Source: Callorhinchus milii (lineage: Eukaryota). From it: 64,000 nucleotides of DNA. The stretch spans positions 88,600,001 through 88,664,000 of the forward strand of contig NW_024704743.1 of the NCBI RefSeq assembly GCF_018977255.1. Direction: 5' to 3'. This document shows, piece after piece, positions 13,778-26,679 of the stretch (positions are counted from its first letter, which is position 1; the number at the start of each line of letters is the position of its first letter). The position numbers and the translations under genes were made by a program. The notes beneath the pieces were generated by a model. That model ran no database searches, had not been told where the DNA came from, and worked only from the letters and a program-made list of their open reading frames with translations.

Positions 13778-16700
13778 ATAACAACAACAACAACAACAAA
13801 ATTACATTTATATAGTGGCTTTCACTTTGGGAGGATGTACGAAAGCGCTGAACAGTCAGGTGTTGGAACCCGAGCATCAGGGAGGGGTGGTGTAGGGGTG
13901 AGGGAAGGCAGAGAGTTGGGAGGGCGACCGAAGGGTCTTGAGACTGGCCTTGAAGGAGGCAAGGGAGGAAGCAAGGCAAAGGGACTGTGGGATGGAGTTC
14001 CAGAGTGTGGGGGCAGAGAGGCTGAAAGCCCGGCCACCAATGGTAGGGCGGGTTGGGCGGGAGACATGGAGCAGACCAGAGCCCGCTGAATGGAGGGAGC
14101 GGGCAGCTTGGTAGGGAGTCAGCGAGTCAAAGAGTTAGGAGGGGGCAAGACCATGGATGGCCTTGAAAGTGAGGACGAGGATCTTGAACTTGATCCTCTG
14201 GGGGATGAGGAGCCAGTGAAGTCGGGCGAGGGTGGAAGTGATGGGATCACGGAGCCTGGTGCGCGAGAGTACACAAGCTGCAGAGTTTTGGATGATCTGC
14301 AGCTTGTGAAAGGAAGAGTTGGGAAGGCCGATGAGGAGGGAGTTTCCTTAATCGAGTCTTGATGTGACAAATACATGGATAAGGGTTTCGGCAGCCTGAG
14401 AGTGAGGCAGTAGCAGAGTCTGGCAATGTTGCGGAGGTGGTGGTAGGCAGTGCCAGTCATGGCGCGGATGTGGGGGAGAAAGGACAGTTCAGGGTCAAAC
14501 CAGACACCCAGGTTCCTGACTGGCTCAGTGAGGTTGAGTGTGCAATCATGGATGTTGATGCTGCCAACACCTGAGGTGCGGAAGCGCTGGCGGGAACCAA
14601 TCAGGAGGGCCTCGGTCTTGCTGACGCTGAGTTGGAGAAAGTTGTCCCTCGTCTAGGACTTGATGTTGGACAGGCAGTCGGTCAGGATGCCAGTAGTCCT
14701 AGGGTTGAGGATGAGGCAGAGAGATAGAGTTGGGTAGCATCCGCATACATGTGGAAATTTACCCCATGTCTGCGGATGATGTCACCAAGGGGAGTATGTA
14801 GAGGGTGAAGAGGAGGGGACCTGAGAGACCTGAGGAACACCACACTAGACAGTGCGGGGGCTGGAGGAGAAGCCGTTTGCTGCGACGAAGTGGAGGCAGT
14901 GTGAAAGGTAGGACCTGAACCAGTCAAGGACAGAACCTGGAAGGTTGAGGTGAGAGGAGAGGTAGTGGAGGAGGATTGAATTGTCCACGGTGTCAAAGGC
15001 AGCGGAGAGTTCGAGGAGGACAAGGAGGCAGAGGGAGCCCTGTTCGCACATGGTCAAGATGTCATTTGTGGGCAGCATGGAAACCCGATTAGAGGAGTTC
15101 ATAGAGGGAATGGGAGGAGGGGAAAGAGGGAATCTGGGCGTCAACAGCTCTCCCAAGGACCTTGGATAGGAAAGGGAAGTTTGAGATGGGCCGGTAGCTG
15201 AATAGCTCTGACGGGTCAAGGGAAGGTTTCTTCAAGGTGGGGGTGATAATGGTTGTTTTGAAGGGGAAAGGAACAGTACCACATGACTTGGAGAAGTTGA
15301 TGATGTCGCCAAGTAGTGGGGCAAGGTGGTGGAGCTGGGATTTAAGAAGAGGGATGGGGGTCTAGGGAGCAGGTGGTGGGCTTCATGGTGGTGAAGACAG
15401 AGGAGGGGTTGACAGGTTCAAATGTGTGGAATGAGGGATGGGTAATTGTCGGAGTGTGGGGTGGGGGTAGGGAGGGTGTGTAAGTTGGGAGGGTAGTGGC
15501 AGCTGAGCGGATTCCCTTGATTTTGGATTTGAGGACGTCCAGCATTTTCTCGCAGTGAGAGTCAGAGGAAAGAATCTGTGAAGCGTGGCAGGGAGGGCAG
15601 AGGAGCCCATTGGCGGTGAAGAACAGGAGCCTGGAGTTACCCTTCGCCTCCAGGATTAACTGGAATAGAAGGCTGATTTGGCTGAGGTGAGAGTGGAGCA
15701 GTAGTTCTTGATGAGGTCCAGCCAGATGTGGCGGTGGACCGTTAGGCCAGATTTGAGCCACGTGCGTTCGGCAGCCCGCACCTGGCCCTTAAGCGAGTAG
15801 AGGTGGCTGGTGAACCAGGGTGAGGATCAGGAATAGGAGGCAGTTCGGGAGGTGAGGGGGGCAAGGACATCATGTGTGGTGGAGAGGGCGCTGTGGAGAA
15901 GAGTAAGCGCAGTGAGTGGGTTGGTGCGAGAGGTGGGCCAGAGGGGGAGGAGTTCAGGGGACTCCAGGGCAGCAGAGTGGGACTGTGGGGAGATAATAAT
16001 AATAATAATAACAATAATCCTTGCATTTGATATAGCGCTTTTCACGTCTTCTAGACGTCCCAAAGCGCTTTACAGAACACACTGTAAAGTGAATTGACTG
16101 TACATTTGTGGGCGAACGTGGCAGCCAATTGCGCACCGCAATGTCCCACAAACAGTCGTAGATTGAAAATGACCAATTTATTATTGTTTTTGGTTTTGGA
16201 GGGATTATTATTAGGCGTGTGGAGTAAGGAAACTTGCCCAAGGTTTCGCCCTGCCTGGAATTGAACTCAAGTCTCTCGCTTGCAAGGTGAGTGCTCTAAC
16301 CACCGAGCAACAGGACTCCACGAGAAAATGAGATCTTCTTCCATGGGTGGTAGAAGATGGTGGTAGGTTTGGAGGCAGTGGGGAGAGGGATATGGGAGTT
16401 GAGGGAGATGAAATGGTGGTCAGAGATGACCTTGTCAGTGATGGTGACACCCAAAATGCTGAGGCCCCGGGTGATCACCAAGTCGAGCGGGTGACCATGG
16501 GTGTGGGTAGCAGAGTGGATATAGAGGGGGAGGTTGAGAGAGGAGAGGAGAGAGGAGAAGTCTGAGGAAGTAGAGCAGGAGAGGTGAAGTGGAGGTTGAA
16601 GTTGCCTAGAATGATGAGGCGGTCGGAGCAGAGGCAGAGGAAAGCTAGGAGGGTGGAGATGTCAGAGATGAAGGTGGGGGAGGATTTTGGGTGGGCGGTA

Positions 16701-16860
16701 AATTTGGAGGATTTTCAGAGAGAGGTGGGAAAAATGGTGGTAAGGTGTTCAAAAGAGGGGAATGATCCGGTGGAGTAGGGGGATAGGGCAAGTGATGCCC
16801 TGGATATGAGGGCCACCCCGCCGCCACAGTGGTTGGGGCGTGGGGCATGGTGGTAGGTGT
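13778..16860 (-). mobile_element. Long degenerate L2 LINE (endonuclease to RT to tail)
   Basis: ISDHH endonuclease motif, TTCSLDP, LSAAFDTVD, MYADATQLY, tail; frameshifted; interrupted by a SINE. Confidence 0.9.
15993..16321 (-). mobile_element. Young tRNA-derived SINE inserted in an L2
   Basis: Reverse complement of the 9266 family; L2 sequence continues on both sides. Confidence 0.92.
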
Positions 16861-18540
16861 AGATAGATACAATAACTCATTGTACCAAACGTCCAACCTT
16901 GACTCCTCAAGTTAAAATTATAAGGCAATATACAAATTTCACATTGAGGCCCTTTAAGTAACAGCATAATTTTTTTTGCCAGAAAAAAAACTCCTGAAGA
17001 CCTTTTTGAAGACCTTTACGTTGTATTATGTGAACCTGCATTTGCCAAGTTTTCTTTAACATCAACCCCAACTTGGTGTTGGAGGCATTTTCACCAGCAA
17101 CAACAAATTTACATTTGTATAGCACCTTTCATGTCAAGGAGGACGTCGCAAGGCACGAGAGTATTTTCAGCAAATTATTTTTTATTTGGATGTTAAAACA
17201 AACTTAACATAAGCATGTGTCTCATACAGTACTAGTAAACAAGTTGTGAACAGTTCCTTGATTGTAAAGGTATTAACTATAGATTATAAAAAGAATGCAT
17301 TAATCAAAATTTCCTTATAAGATAACCACTAAAATAAAAAAAATGTATGATTTACAGGACATGGAATAGTATGAATAGCTAGGGCAAGGTGAAAACGTCA
17401 CCTGCCAACGCACAGCATTTTGTCATTGTTTTACCATACAGAAGGATAAGGAGCAAGAAAAAGAATACGACAATGACTTGCATTTTTAATTGATTGCCAT
17501 TTAATTGATTGTCATTCCAGCAAGGATAAACGATGCTCAGAAGGGAGTGAATATTTAAAATCAGAACTACTCTTCAGCTCACAGATAAATTACTGAACAA
17601 TATCCATCCTGTCTTTGCAATTCACGTCATGTCGGTATCAGCAGCACCTTGAACCCAATCTACAATCATACATTTTCACAGCACTGAATCATGCTATCTG
17701 CCTATCAAATCTGTGCTGAAATTTTTCTCCATATGAACTAATACCTTTTGATATTCTTCTTTTTGATGCATCTATCTCAATTTCTTTTAAAATAATTTAT
17801 GGATTCTGTTTTAGCAACAACCTTTATACAGTTAATATAACACCTTCCTAACCACCTCTTTAATTCTTTTTGTGACAATTTTAATTTTGTGCTCTTTCAT
17901 TACTGGCTTAATGGAAAGAATTGAACATAATAATAATTCTTACATTTGATTGTCTCAGGCACTGATTGTCTCAGATTGTCACATCATTGCCACATCTCAA
18001 AGCACTTCACAGTATTTATTGTAAAGTGTAGTGGCTGTGTAATTTGTAATCTGTATTTTTTGACCCCATAGTTACCCTTCATTATCTGAAGACTTTAATC
18101 AGGTCAGTCCTTAACCTCTCCAATTCTAGTCTAAAAATCACGAATTTCTCAATCTTTCTTCATCACTGACCCTTTATGCCAATATCCTAACTCTACATTA
18201 CTTATTTTCTATTGCTTTTATATCCAGCCAATAATCTAGTGTACATTGAATGTTTACTTTTCTAATACTGTACTGCTAAAAGTACATGTTTAATCCCAAT
18301 GGAATAAATATATATTGCAAGACAAAGAAAGCAGAAAGCAAGATTAAAAGGCAGCCTTGAAGTGAAATAATTGATAATTTTTATTATGATATACCTTCAT
18401 CCAGATGGTATTGCATTAAAATCTAATTTTAAAATCTCTTAATTGTTACAGAATCTACAAAATTGCACAATAGCAGATATACTATATGTATTATTATCAT
18501 AAACATACTCCTGTGTATAAATATACAGGAGTATGTTTAT

Positions 18541-19000
18541 AATAATAATAATCCTTGCATTTGACATAGCGCCTTATCAAGTCATCGAGACATCTCAAAG
18601 TCTTTCACAGGATGTACTGTAAAGTGGATTAACTGTATGTTTTGTGGACAAAAAATGTGGCAGCTCGTTTGCGCACAGCAATGTTCCACAAACAGTAATG
18701 GAGTGAGTGACCAATTTTTTTTATTTATTTTTTATTCGGGTGATTGTTGGCCAGGACACCAGTGGAAACTCCCTTCTCTTTTCGAATTGTGCCATGAGAT
18801 CTTAAAGTCCACCTGAACAGGCAGACGGGACCTCAGTTTAGCATCTCATCCGAACGACAGCACCTCCGGCAATGCAGGCTCCCCCAGCCTGGCATAGCTC
18901 CCCTAGCCTGGCATCAGCTCAGACCAAGTAATTCTGAATCCCAATGTTGAGCCCACAACCTTCTGATTCAGAGGTGAGTGTGCTCCCACTGAGCCAGGCT
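18541..19000 (-). mobile_element. Old Deu-domain SINE, near full length
   Basis: Reverse complement of the 3084-type architecture. Confidence 0.78.
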
Positions 19001-19095
19001 GATACATTATATTCAGCTAATGAGGTTTCAGTCTCTGATTTAATGTTGAAAGCGTGCCAAAATAGTTGAAGAAACACAGCTCAGACACATCCATA

Positions 19096-20348
19096 TAACA
19101 ACAATAAATTACATTTGCATAGCACCTTTAAAATCGGGAGGATGTCCCAAGTTGTTGGACAGTCAGGGATTTGGACCCGAGCGGGGGATGGGGGGGGTGG
19201 ATTGGGGGTCAGGAAGGGTGGATCAGGGTTGGTAGGGGTAGAAGGGTAGCCGAAGATGTGGTAGAAGAGGAAGGTCTTGAGATGAAGGAAGCAAGGCAGG
19301 GAGAAAGGTGAAGAGACTGTGGGATAGAGTTACAAAAGGTGGGCAGAGAGGCTGAAGGCCCAACCGCCGATGGTGGGAGGACCGGGCTGGGAACATGGAG
19401 CAGACCAAAGCCTGCTGAGCATAGAAAGTTGACAGATTGATATGGAGTTAGCAGGTAACAGATGTAGGAAGGAGCAAGGCCATGGAGGGCTTTGAAGGTG
19501 AGGGCGAGGATTTTGAACTCTATCCTCTGGAGGATGGGGAGCCAGTTGAGCCGAGTGATACTGGGAGTGATAGGAGCCTGGAGTGGGAGAGGACACGAGC
19601 TGCAGAGTTCTGAACGATCTGCAGTGTGTGGAGGGAAGTATTAGAAAGGCTAACAAAGCAGGGAGTTGGCGTAGTCGAGCCTAGAAGTAACACATTCATG
19701 GATAAGGGTTTCGGCAGCCTGATGGAGAGGCGTTGGCAGAGCCGGGCAATGTTGCGGAGGTGGGGAAGGCAGAGCAGGTCATGGCATGGATATGGAGTAG
19801 AAAGGACAGTTGAGGGTCAAACAAGATGCCAAGGTTCCATACTGGCTCAGTAAGCTGGAGTGTGAATCCTTGGATAGTGATGCTGCAGTGTCTGAAGTGT
19901 AGAGCTGCTGACGGGAACCAATCAAGCGTTAACTTTCAATTGGAGAAAGTTAGCTCTCATCCAGAACTTGATGTCTGACAGATATTCTATCAGGACAGCA
20001 GTGGTCTTGGAGTCAATGGTGGAGGCAGAGAGATAGAATTGGTGTCATCTGCATACATGAGGAAGTTGATCCCATGTCTGCAGATGATGTCACCAAGAGA
20101 GGAGTGGACCAAGGACATAGCCCAAGACGGTGTAGGAGCTGGAGGAGAAGCCGATTGTGGCAATGAAGTGGAAATGGTTTGAATGGTAGGATCTGAAGCA
20201 GTCAAGGACAGGACCATGAAGGTCAAGGTGAGAGGAGAGGCGGTCATGGAGGACAGTGTCAAAGGCAGCAGAGAGGTCAAGGAGGATGAGGAGACAGAGG
20301 AAGCCCTGGTCACAGATGGACAAAATGCCATTTGTAACTTTGAACAAG
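19096..20348 (-). mobile_element. Degenerate L2 3' region
   Basis: KVTN...LLDLSAAFDTV, MYADDT, tail. Confidence 0.88.
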
Positions 20349-20641
20349 GCTGTTTCATTACTGTTACTTCAGAAAATACCATTATGGATAATAAAGGAGT
20401 AGAATAAGTGTTATTTTAATAATTTATTTGATCAGAATACAATACAACATAAAAACCCAGAAGAGTAGCAGTATTGACTCATACTACTTAGTATAATTAT
20501 GACACACCACCAGTAAACATTTTGATTTAGGATATTTCAAAACCAAATGAATGCAAATTTCCTGGCCCTATTCAACAGCTCAATTAATCAGAATATTCTT
20601 GTGGAGACTTGATTTGATTTGAGATACAAACAAGTAGAAAA

Positions 20642-20948
20642 GTAGCTCAGTGGTTAGAGCACTCGCTTTGCAAGCGAGAGACCTGAGTTCAATTCCAGGC
20701 AGGGCGAAACCTTGGGCAAGTTTCCTTACTCCACACGCCTAATAATAATCCCTCCAAAACCAAAAACAATAATAAATTGGTCATTTTCAATCTACGACTG
20801 TTTGTGGGACATTGCTGTGCGCAATTGGCTGCCGCGTTCGCCCACAAATATACAGTCAATTCACTTTACAGTATATTCTGTGAAGCGCTTTGGGACGTCC
20901 TCCCGACGTTAAAAGCGCTATATCAAATGCAAGGATTATTATTATTAT
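20642..20948 (+). mobile_element. Young tRNA-derived SINE (about 10 nt 5'-truncated)
   Basis: Near-identical to the 9266 copy. Confidence 0.92.
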
Positions 20949-21004
20949 AAGTGACTGATGGTAGAATCTGACTAATTCTACCAGACCGATGGTCGTATAA
21001 TATT

Positions 21005-21410
21005 CCACAAGCCCATCCTTGCCAAGCTTCACTGGCTCCCTGTCTCTCAGCGATTGGCCTTCACCATTGCCTAAAATCATTTCATATCCTACCACCTCAT
21101 TATCTCTCTGATCTCCAAAATTCCCACTACTCTGTTCAACCTATCCGCCTGGTTAGCCCAGGCTTTCTGTGTCCCCCTCCGCCTTCTCCCCATATCACCA
21201 TCAGTTGCCGATCTTTCAGATTCTATGCCACTAACCTCTGACTTTTCCTCCCTTGCCACTCTATCTCTTTTCAAGTCACACCTTAAATCCTACCTCTTCG
21301 ATTGCCCCCATGGTCATCTCCCTCTTCCCTGCTGTTCAACTTCATCATTGTACAGCACTCTGAGCTGTTTCCTACATGAGGGTATTACTGTATATAAATT
21401 AAATTTATCA
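21005..21410 (+). mobile_element. Old L2 3' end
   Basis: LHWLP-type segment, FKSHLKSYLFD, degraded tail. Confidence 0.65.
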
Positions 21411-21445
21411 TTGTATAAGTACTAAAGTTGATTCTAAATTCTTAC

Positions 21446-21470
21446 CATTTTTGTCTGCTCTCCGTAAAAT
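21446..21470 (-). CDS. NECAB1: NECAB1 coding exon 2, 25-nt micro-exon (ILRRADKN + G)
   Basis: tttgtttcag|ATTTTACGGAGAGCAGACAAAAATG|gtaaga; start of the EF-hand loop; phases fit exons 1 and 3. Confidence 0.92.
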
Positions 21471-23329
21471 CTGAAACAAATCGCACAGGATAGATTGATT
21501 AGCAGAGTAAATAAGATGGCGAAGCAACTAAACATGAAAAAGCTGCTGACCTACTTTTTCTTTTAGCAATATTAATGAAACAAGACATGAAAGTCATTCA
21601 TAGTTCTTGCAAATGAATCACCAGGCCCTGACAATTTCTCTCAAGTATTGTAATTGAGGTTTGAGTATTTTTAGATTACATTTTCTAACCAAAAAAAACA
21701 GCTGAGCTTGGAGCTCAATAAAACATATGACAGCTGAATTACTTGTGTAATATGCTAATTCTTAAATCATTCTATGCATCTGGACAAAAAGAACAAGTTG
21801 AAGAACACCCATTCACAATTTTTAATTAAAATGCATGATCCAGCAGGTTATTGAACAATCTGACAAAATCGTATTGTGCAGAGAATGAACAAAATAAATA
21901 AGAACCAGATCTGAATTACAATACAGAAGTCATATTGTCAGTATGCCTGATGCGCAAACAATAGAAAACAAGTGCTTAATCAAATGCAAGAATTTAAATA
22001 CAGTTTTATAATCAAAAGCAAACATTTTCTTTATTTCAGAATACAGTTTACAGTTGGGTTGCAGTTATTCAGTGAGATTTAATCTATATTAGCTTCCACT
22101 GCAATGATCAGTTTGTGAGTCAATGGTTTATTTTAGTCAAATAATAATAATAATAAATGTATCATTATTGATCTATGACCACTAAATATTAAACTAGATG
22201 ATCAAAATATTTTATAATATAATCTGTGGTCATCAAATATGATTTAATATGTTCCAATTTTGATAAACAATAGCTGTATCACCAGAGTTGTCAGTTATTG
22301 GAAACAGCCTTGAAGAAATTCTGTCGTTTGCAGTTATACTGTGGAAAAACATTAAGGATGCAGAACTCGTTACTGACCCACCTTCACATTAAGAAAATGA
22401 TCACATTACGCTACCCTTTCAATTGATGAATACCCATTAACATTCAGCAATACAGACTTTGGAAAAGATTTTTAATAAAATTGAGGGCTTGATGGAACGG
22501 TAGTAATATCTCAAATATCTCAGCAATTTAAAAGGATTGTTGCATTAGGAAGTATCAGATATCTAAGGTTGTCCATGTATATTACTGGAAGACCTGCTGT
22601 ATCTATACGTGCACATTCCCTTCCAAAAATCTATCTCTGGAACTTCTATGTGTAGGTAGGATGCATGGAAACCGCAGCTTGATTTGGATACTCTTAAGCA
22701 TAGTCAAGGTTTCTGCATGTGTCAGACACTCGACTGACCAAAAAAATTGCACAAACTTCGGCTATTATTTATGAAGTTTGCAATTCAACTTCCAGTTTGT
22801 AAGATCGAAAGCATTCGATGATATGAGGATGTGATTGGGTTAGTGGTTATTTCATTGAATGCTCCTCTGCTACAGGTTAAGGGGCTCCTTTGTTAGAGAA
22901 GGTTATTTCATTATGGTAGATTCAGATGATTTACTTTCTACCAGAATAATACACTGTACTCAACAATGACTTTCATTTATGCATTTTATTAAAGCAATTA
23001 CTGACCCAATATTTTAAAATGGTGTCATTGTTCTGCTGCATGTTTCACTTTAATGTTACTATTCTGTTTCTTTTTGAATTTAGAACCCTTTCTGACTATT
23101 GCTAATCAATAACATTTTCTCTTATTATAACTTAAAACTGAAGTGCGTCACCGTGGTTTTCTAATTAATTCACAAGCGTTTCAACAAAAATCTCAGTATT
23201 AAAGAAGAATTCAGTAATCCTCTTTATTTAGTGATATTTACTAAAGAAGATGACTGTTTGACTCGCAACGATTTTTACTGCACCAATTTCATCCCCTGTT
23301 TCCCGAAGCCATTAACACTGTTTTTCCTT

Positions 23330-23670
23330 TTTGTTGAGGGTAAGGTTCCATGGGCATTAGGCACTCTCTGTTACTTCACCCCTCGGTGGCCATTATATAT
23401 TGACAGGACCTGTTGGTAGGCTATTCAACCATTCAACCAAATCACAACCCAGGCTGATCTTATCTCACCCCCTGTCCAAAAGTACACACCCTCAAAACAG
23501 AGGAACTGGTATTGATCAGAAGCAGATACCCTATAGTTAATTATCTCTTAAATAACCAAAAGCACTGAGGCCAATTGCAACAATTTAACTGATGCTCTGG
23601 TTAAAATCTAGTAGATGCAGAACATCTGGGGGTGGGGGGGTCAAACCAGGCACCTTCTTAACCTCCAGTC
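23330..23670 (-). mobile_element. Ancient SINE, AmnSINE2-like
   Basis: Minus strand reads gaaggtgcctggtttgacc...caattggcctcagtgc...tctgatcaataccag; related fragment at ~9770-9880; family name from recollection only. Confidence 0.45.
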
Positions 23671-24183
23671 TGTGTGGTTTAGCTGGTTTCTGGAGAAATC
23701 TGGTGAGACATTGATATGTGAGAGATGGCAATGTGAATCTTGGCTGATCTATCCTCAGAGCTATTAACTATGTATGTGTAACTTGGAGCAAAGGTTCCAC
23801 AGTCTGATCCTAACCACCCAGTCCCGCCTATGTTGTTAACCTGCAACTGAACAGACCAGAGCTTCACCGCTCCAGAAATTAAAGAGATTTGCAAATATGG
23901 AAGGACTCAACTGCTAAAAAAAAACCAGGTTGTTCTGGAGTTAGCGACAGTGGTTTAATGGAGCAATTGAACATTTAAATGGTTCCACCGAAAGGAAGCG
24001 ACAGAGTGAGTGCAACAAAGAGACAGATCAGGGATTCACTCCATCCACTAAACTCCCAAACTTTTATTCTGGGTGTCAGAAAAATGACAGAATATATTCG
24101 GATGGGTTCATGGTCACTTGACTGGCTTTTTGGTCGGGTGCATCTATCCTCCTGACATGAAAAGCGCTATATCAAATGCAAGG

Positions 24184-24215
<32 letters not shown>

Positions 24216-24453
24216 CGTCTTAAAAAAGGCGTGAGAAGCGTTTTGCTGATGGTCTGCCCACACAGACAAACATGCGTTAGGAGTTCAATCAGCAACACAC
24301 AGCAACATGCATGTGCTCTCAGAAAGTAAGAGAAATGAAGTGCTCATATAATCTTTGCTCCAACGTTACGATTTTAACCAGTTAAAAGAAGATGACTGGT
24401 TTTTTTTTGGGGGGGAGGGGGGTGCATTTTACACAATTGCAGTTTGTACTTAC

Positions 24454-24552
24454 GTCCAGGAAAATCGACATACCCTTCTTCAGCAGGAGTGGAGAATCAG
24501 CATCATTCTCTGGTGATTCTGTTGAAAAGGGAGGGCTCCCCTCGCAAGCCAT
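24454..24552 (-). CDS. NECAB1: NECAB1 coding exon 1 (MACEGSPPFSTESPENDADSPLLLKKGMSIFLD)
   Basis: ATG in strong context (aaccATGG) at 24552; 99 nt; ends KGMSIFLD as in vertebrate NECAB1; GTAAGT donor at 24453, phase 0; adjacent to TMEM64 as in mammals. Confidence 0.92.
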
Positions 24553-24850
24553 GGTTATCACAGTCTCTGCTGCTGCTGCTGGCTGCGAATTAGTGAGCAG
24601 ACACGGCTGCCTTTGCTGTTAACTCGAGAGAGACTCAATGCAACGCTGGGACCGAACCTGCACCTCTGCACCAGTTCTCCTCGAGAGAATGCCACCAGGA
24701 GGTGTTTTGGTGCTGTGCTTTTTGTTGTGGCTCCGGGTGGATTGGTGCTGAGAGGCACCCGCTTTGCTGCCACTCACTTCCACCCACTCATCCACAAATC
24801 GGATGCCCTCGCAGCCCCTCTCACCGTACAGGTCGCGCACAACCATCACA
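24553..24850 (-). promoter_or_regulatory. Probable NECAB1 5' UTR/proximal promoter
   Basis: Locally CpG-richer unique sequence directly upstream of the ATG; CCAAT on the minus strand near 24742-24746. Confidence 0.5.
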
Positions 24851-24911
24851 TTGTTTAACATATGGCATATTGTCTCCACTGCTGGTGTTTGTCTCTTAAA
24901 ACTCTAACGTT

Positions 24912-25105
24912 AATGATAATAATATCATAATAATAATAATCCTTGCATTTTGATATAACGCCTTGTCACGTCTTCGAGACGTGTCAAAGTGCTTCATAGA
25001 AACTGCTGTAAAGCGAATTGACTGTATATTTTCTGGGCAAAACGCGGCAGCAGTGTCCCACAAACAGTCATGGATTGAAGTGACCAATTGATTATTATTA
25101 TTATC
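24912..25105 (-). mobile_element. SINE 3' fragment
   Basis: Tail and Deu-like body only. Confidence 0.75.
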
Positions 25106-25254
25106 TTTCAGGAATTATGATGTCCCTTCCCTCACCAAATATCGGACTGCTTCAAGTCCTCTGTCCTATTGGCGGATGATATTTTAGCCATTTTGTCCCA
25201 CTCTCTGGAACTCCACCCAGTGTCCCTCCACTTCGCTCCCACCCTCACCTGTTC

Positions 25255-25700
25255 AACAACAAAATTACATTTGTATGGCACCGTTCACATCGGGAGGACG
25301 TCCCAAGGCACTGGACAATTAGTGTTTCAGACCCAAGATGGGAGTCAGGATCAGGGAGGGGTGAGGGCAGCGCGGGAAGGATGGTGACCAAAGACACGTT
25401 CGAAGAGGAGGGTCTTGAAGGAGCAAGGGAGGGGGCGAGTCAGAGGGACTGCGGGATGGAGTTCCAGTGGGTGGGGGCAGAGTGGCTGAAGACTTGCGGA
25501 AGAAGCGGGCAGGTTGGTAGGGGGTGAGGCGGTCGCAGAGGTAGGGGGGGAGCAAGGCCATGGAGGGCTTTGAAACTGAGGACAAGGATCTTGAACTGTA
25601 TCCCCTGTGTGATGGGAAGCCATTGTAGTTGGATGAGGATGAAGGCCTTAAGGTCGAGGACCCTGGTGAAGAGAGGACAGTTCTGGATGATCCTCCCCTG
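25255..25700 (-). mobile_element. L2 3' fragment
   Basis: LQWLPITQGIQFKILVLSFKALHGLAP; tail. Confidence 0.82.
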
Positions 25701-26679
25701 TTCAAGGCTCATCTCAAAACATACATTTTTGATGGAGATTTTGGTTACTTTTCCTACCCCACCCCTCCCGGTTGCCACCTCCAGCTCAGGTGCTCTCTAG
25801 CTTTGTCAAGTCCTCTGAGAGATCTTCTGATATGAAAGGCATTTTATATGAATGTAAATTGTATTGTGTGCTACCTATAATCCCAGTTTTCAGTCTGTTT
25901 TGGGGCCAGCCTTCATAATAGTCTCCACTATTCAATTATTCCCATGTGTAAGAGTCAGTTTGCTTATACGAGTGAATTGATAGAAATGGAAAAAGAGAAG
26001 AATAGGAAATAGTGAAGTTGAAGATGCAGTTCTCACTGAGGAAGCTTTTCAAAGGAGGCCCCTGGACTAGAAGCACACAGTTGTGGCTGAGACTACCCTT
26101 CACAACCCCTAATCTGTGCCCTCTTTTCCTGCTGCCTTGGTGTCTAAAAGTATACATCATAAATGTCTTAACAATGCATTATCTTTCCTATGAAATATGA
26201 GACACTGAGCTTAGTTTAATACAACAACCTGCATTTATATTGTGCCTTTCCTGTGGGAGCTGCTAATAATATAATTTGCTTTTTCTAATAGTATAAGTTG
26301 CATTACACACAATGTAATTTGTAAATTCTCACCGGCTTCTCCAGCCCTTAAACGAAAATCATGAAAATTGAGAAAAAAAAATCATCATTGCTTCCTGGCA
26401 GAGAAATACAATGGAAACAGCTGGAAAGAATCTTTGCAAACAAATATACACTTTTTTATTCAATTGTCCAACAGTTTTCCTCCTACTCTCCTGAAGGCAC
26501 TGACCCGTGCAGGAATTCAATTCCACAGGCTCCAGCAGCACTCAAATACCACACTCAATTGGGTACTGTTCATGTGTGAGCCCTAAAAGTATTGAAGACT
26601 GGCAGTATCACTGAGCTGAGGTTGGCTCAGCCGCGTATTCTGAATTTACCAGCAGAGGTCACTGCATTATACCTATCAG

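Noticed and set aside
24735..24753. RE1/REST site in the NECAB1 promoter
   Set aside because: Only the TCAGCACC half is present; no GGACAG half
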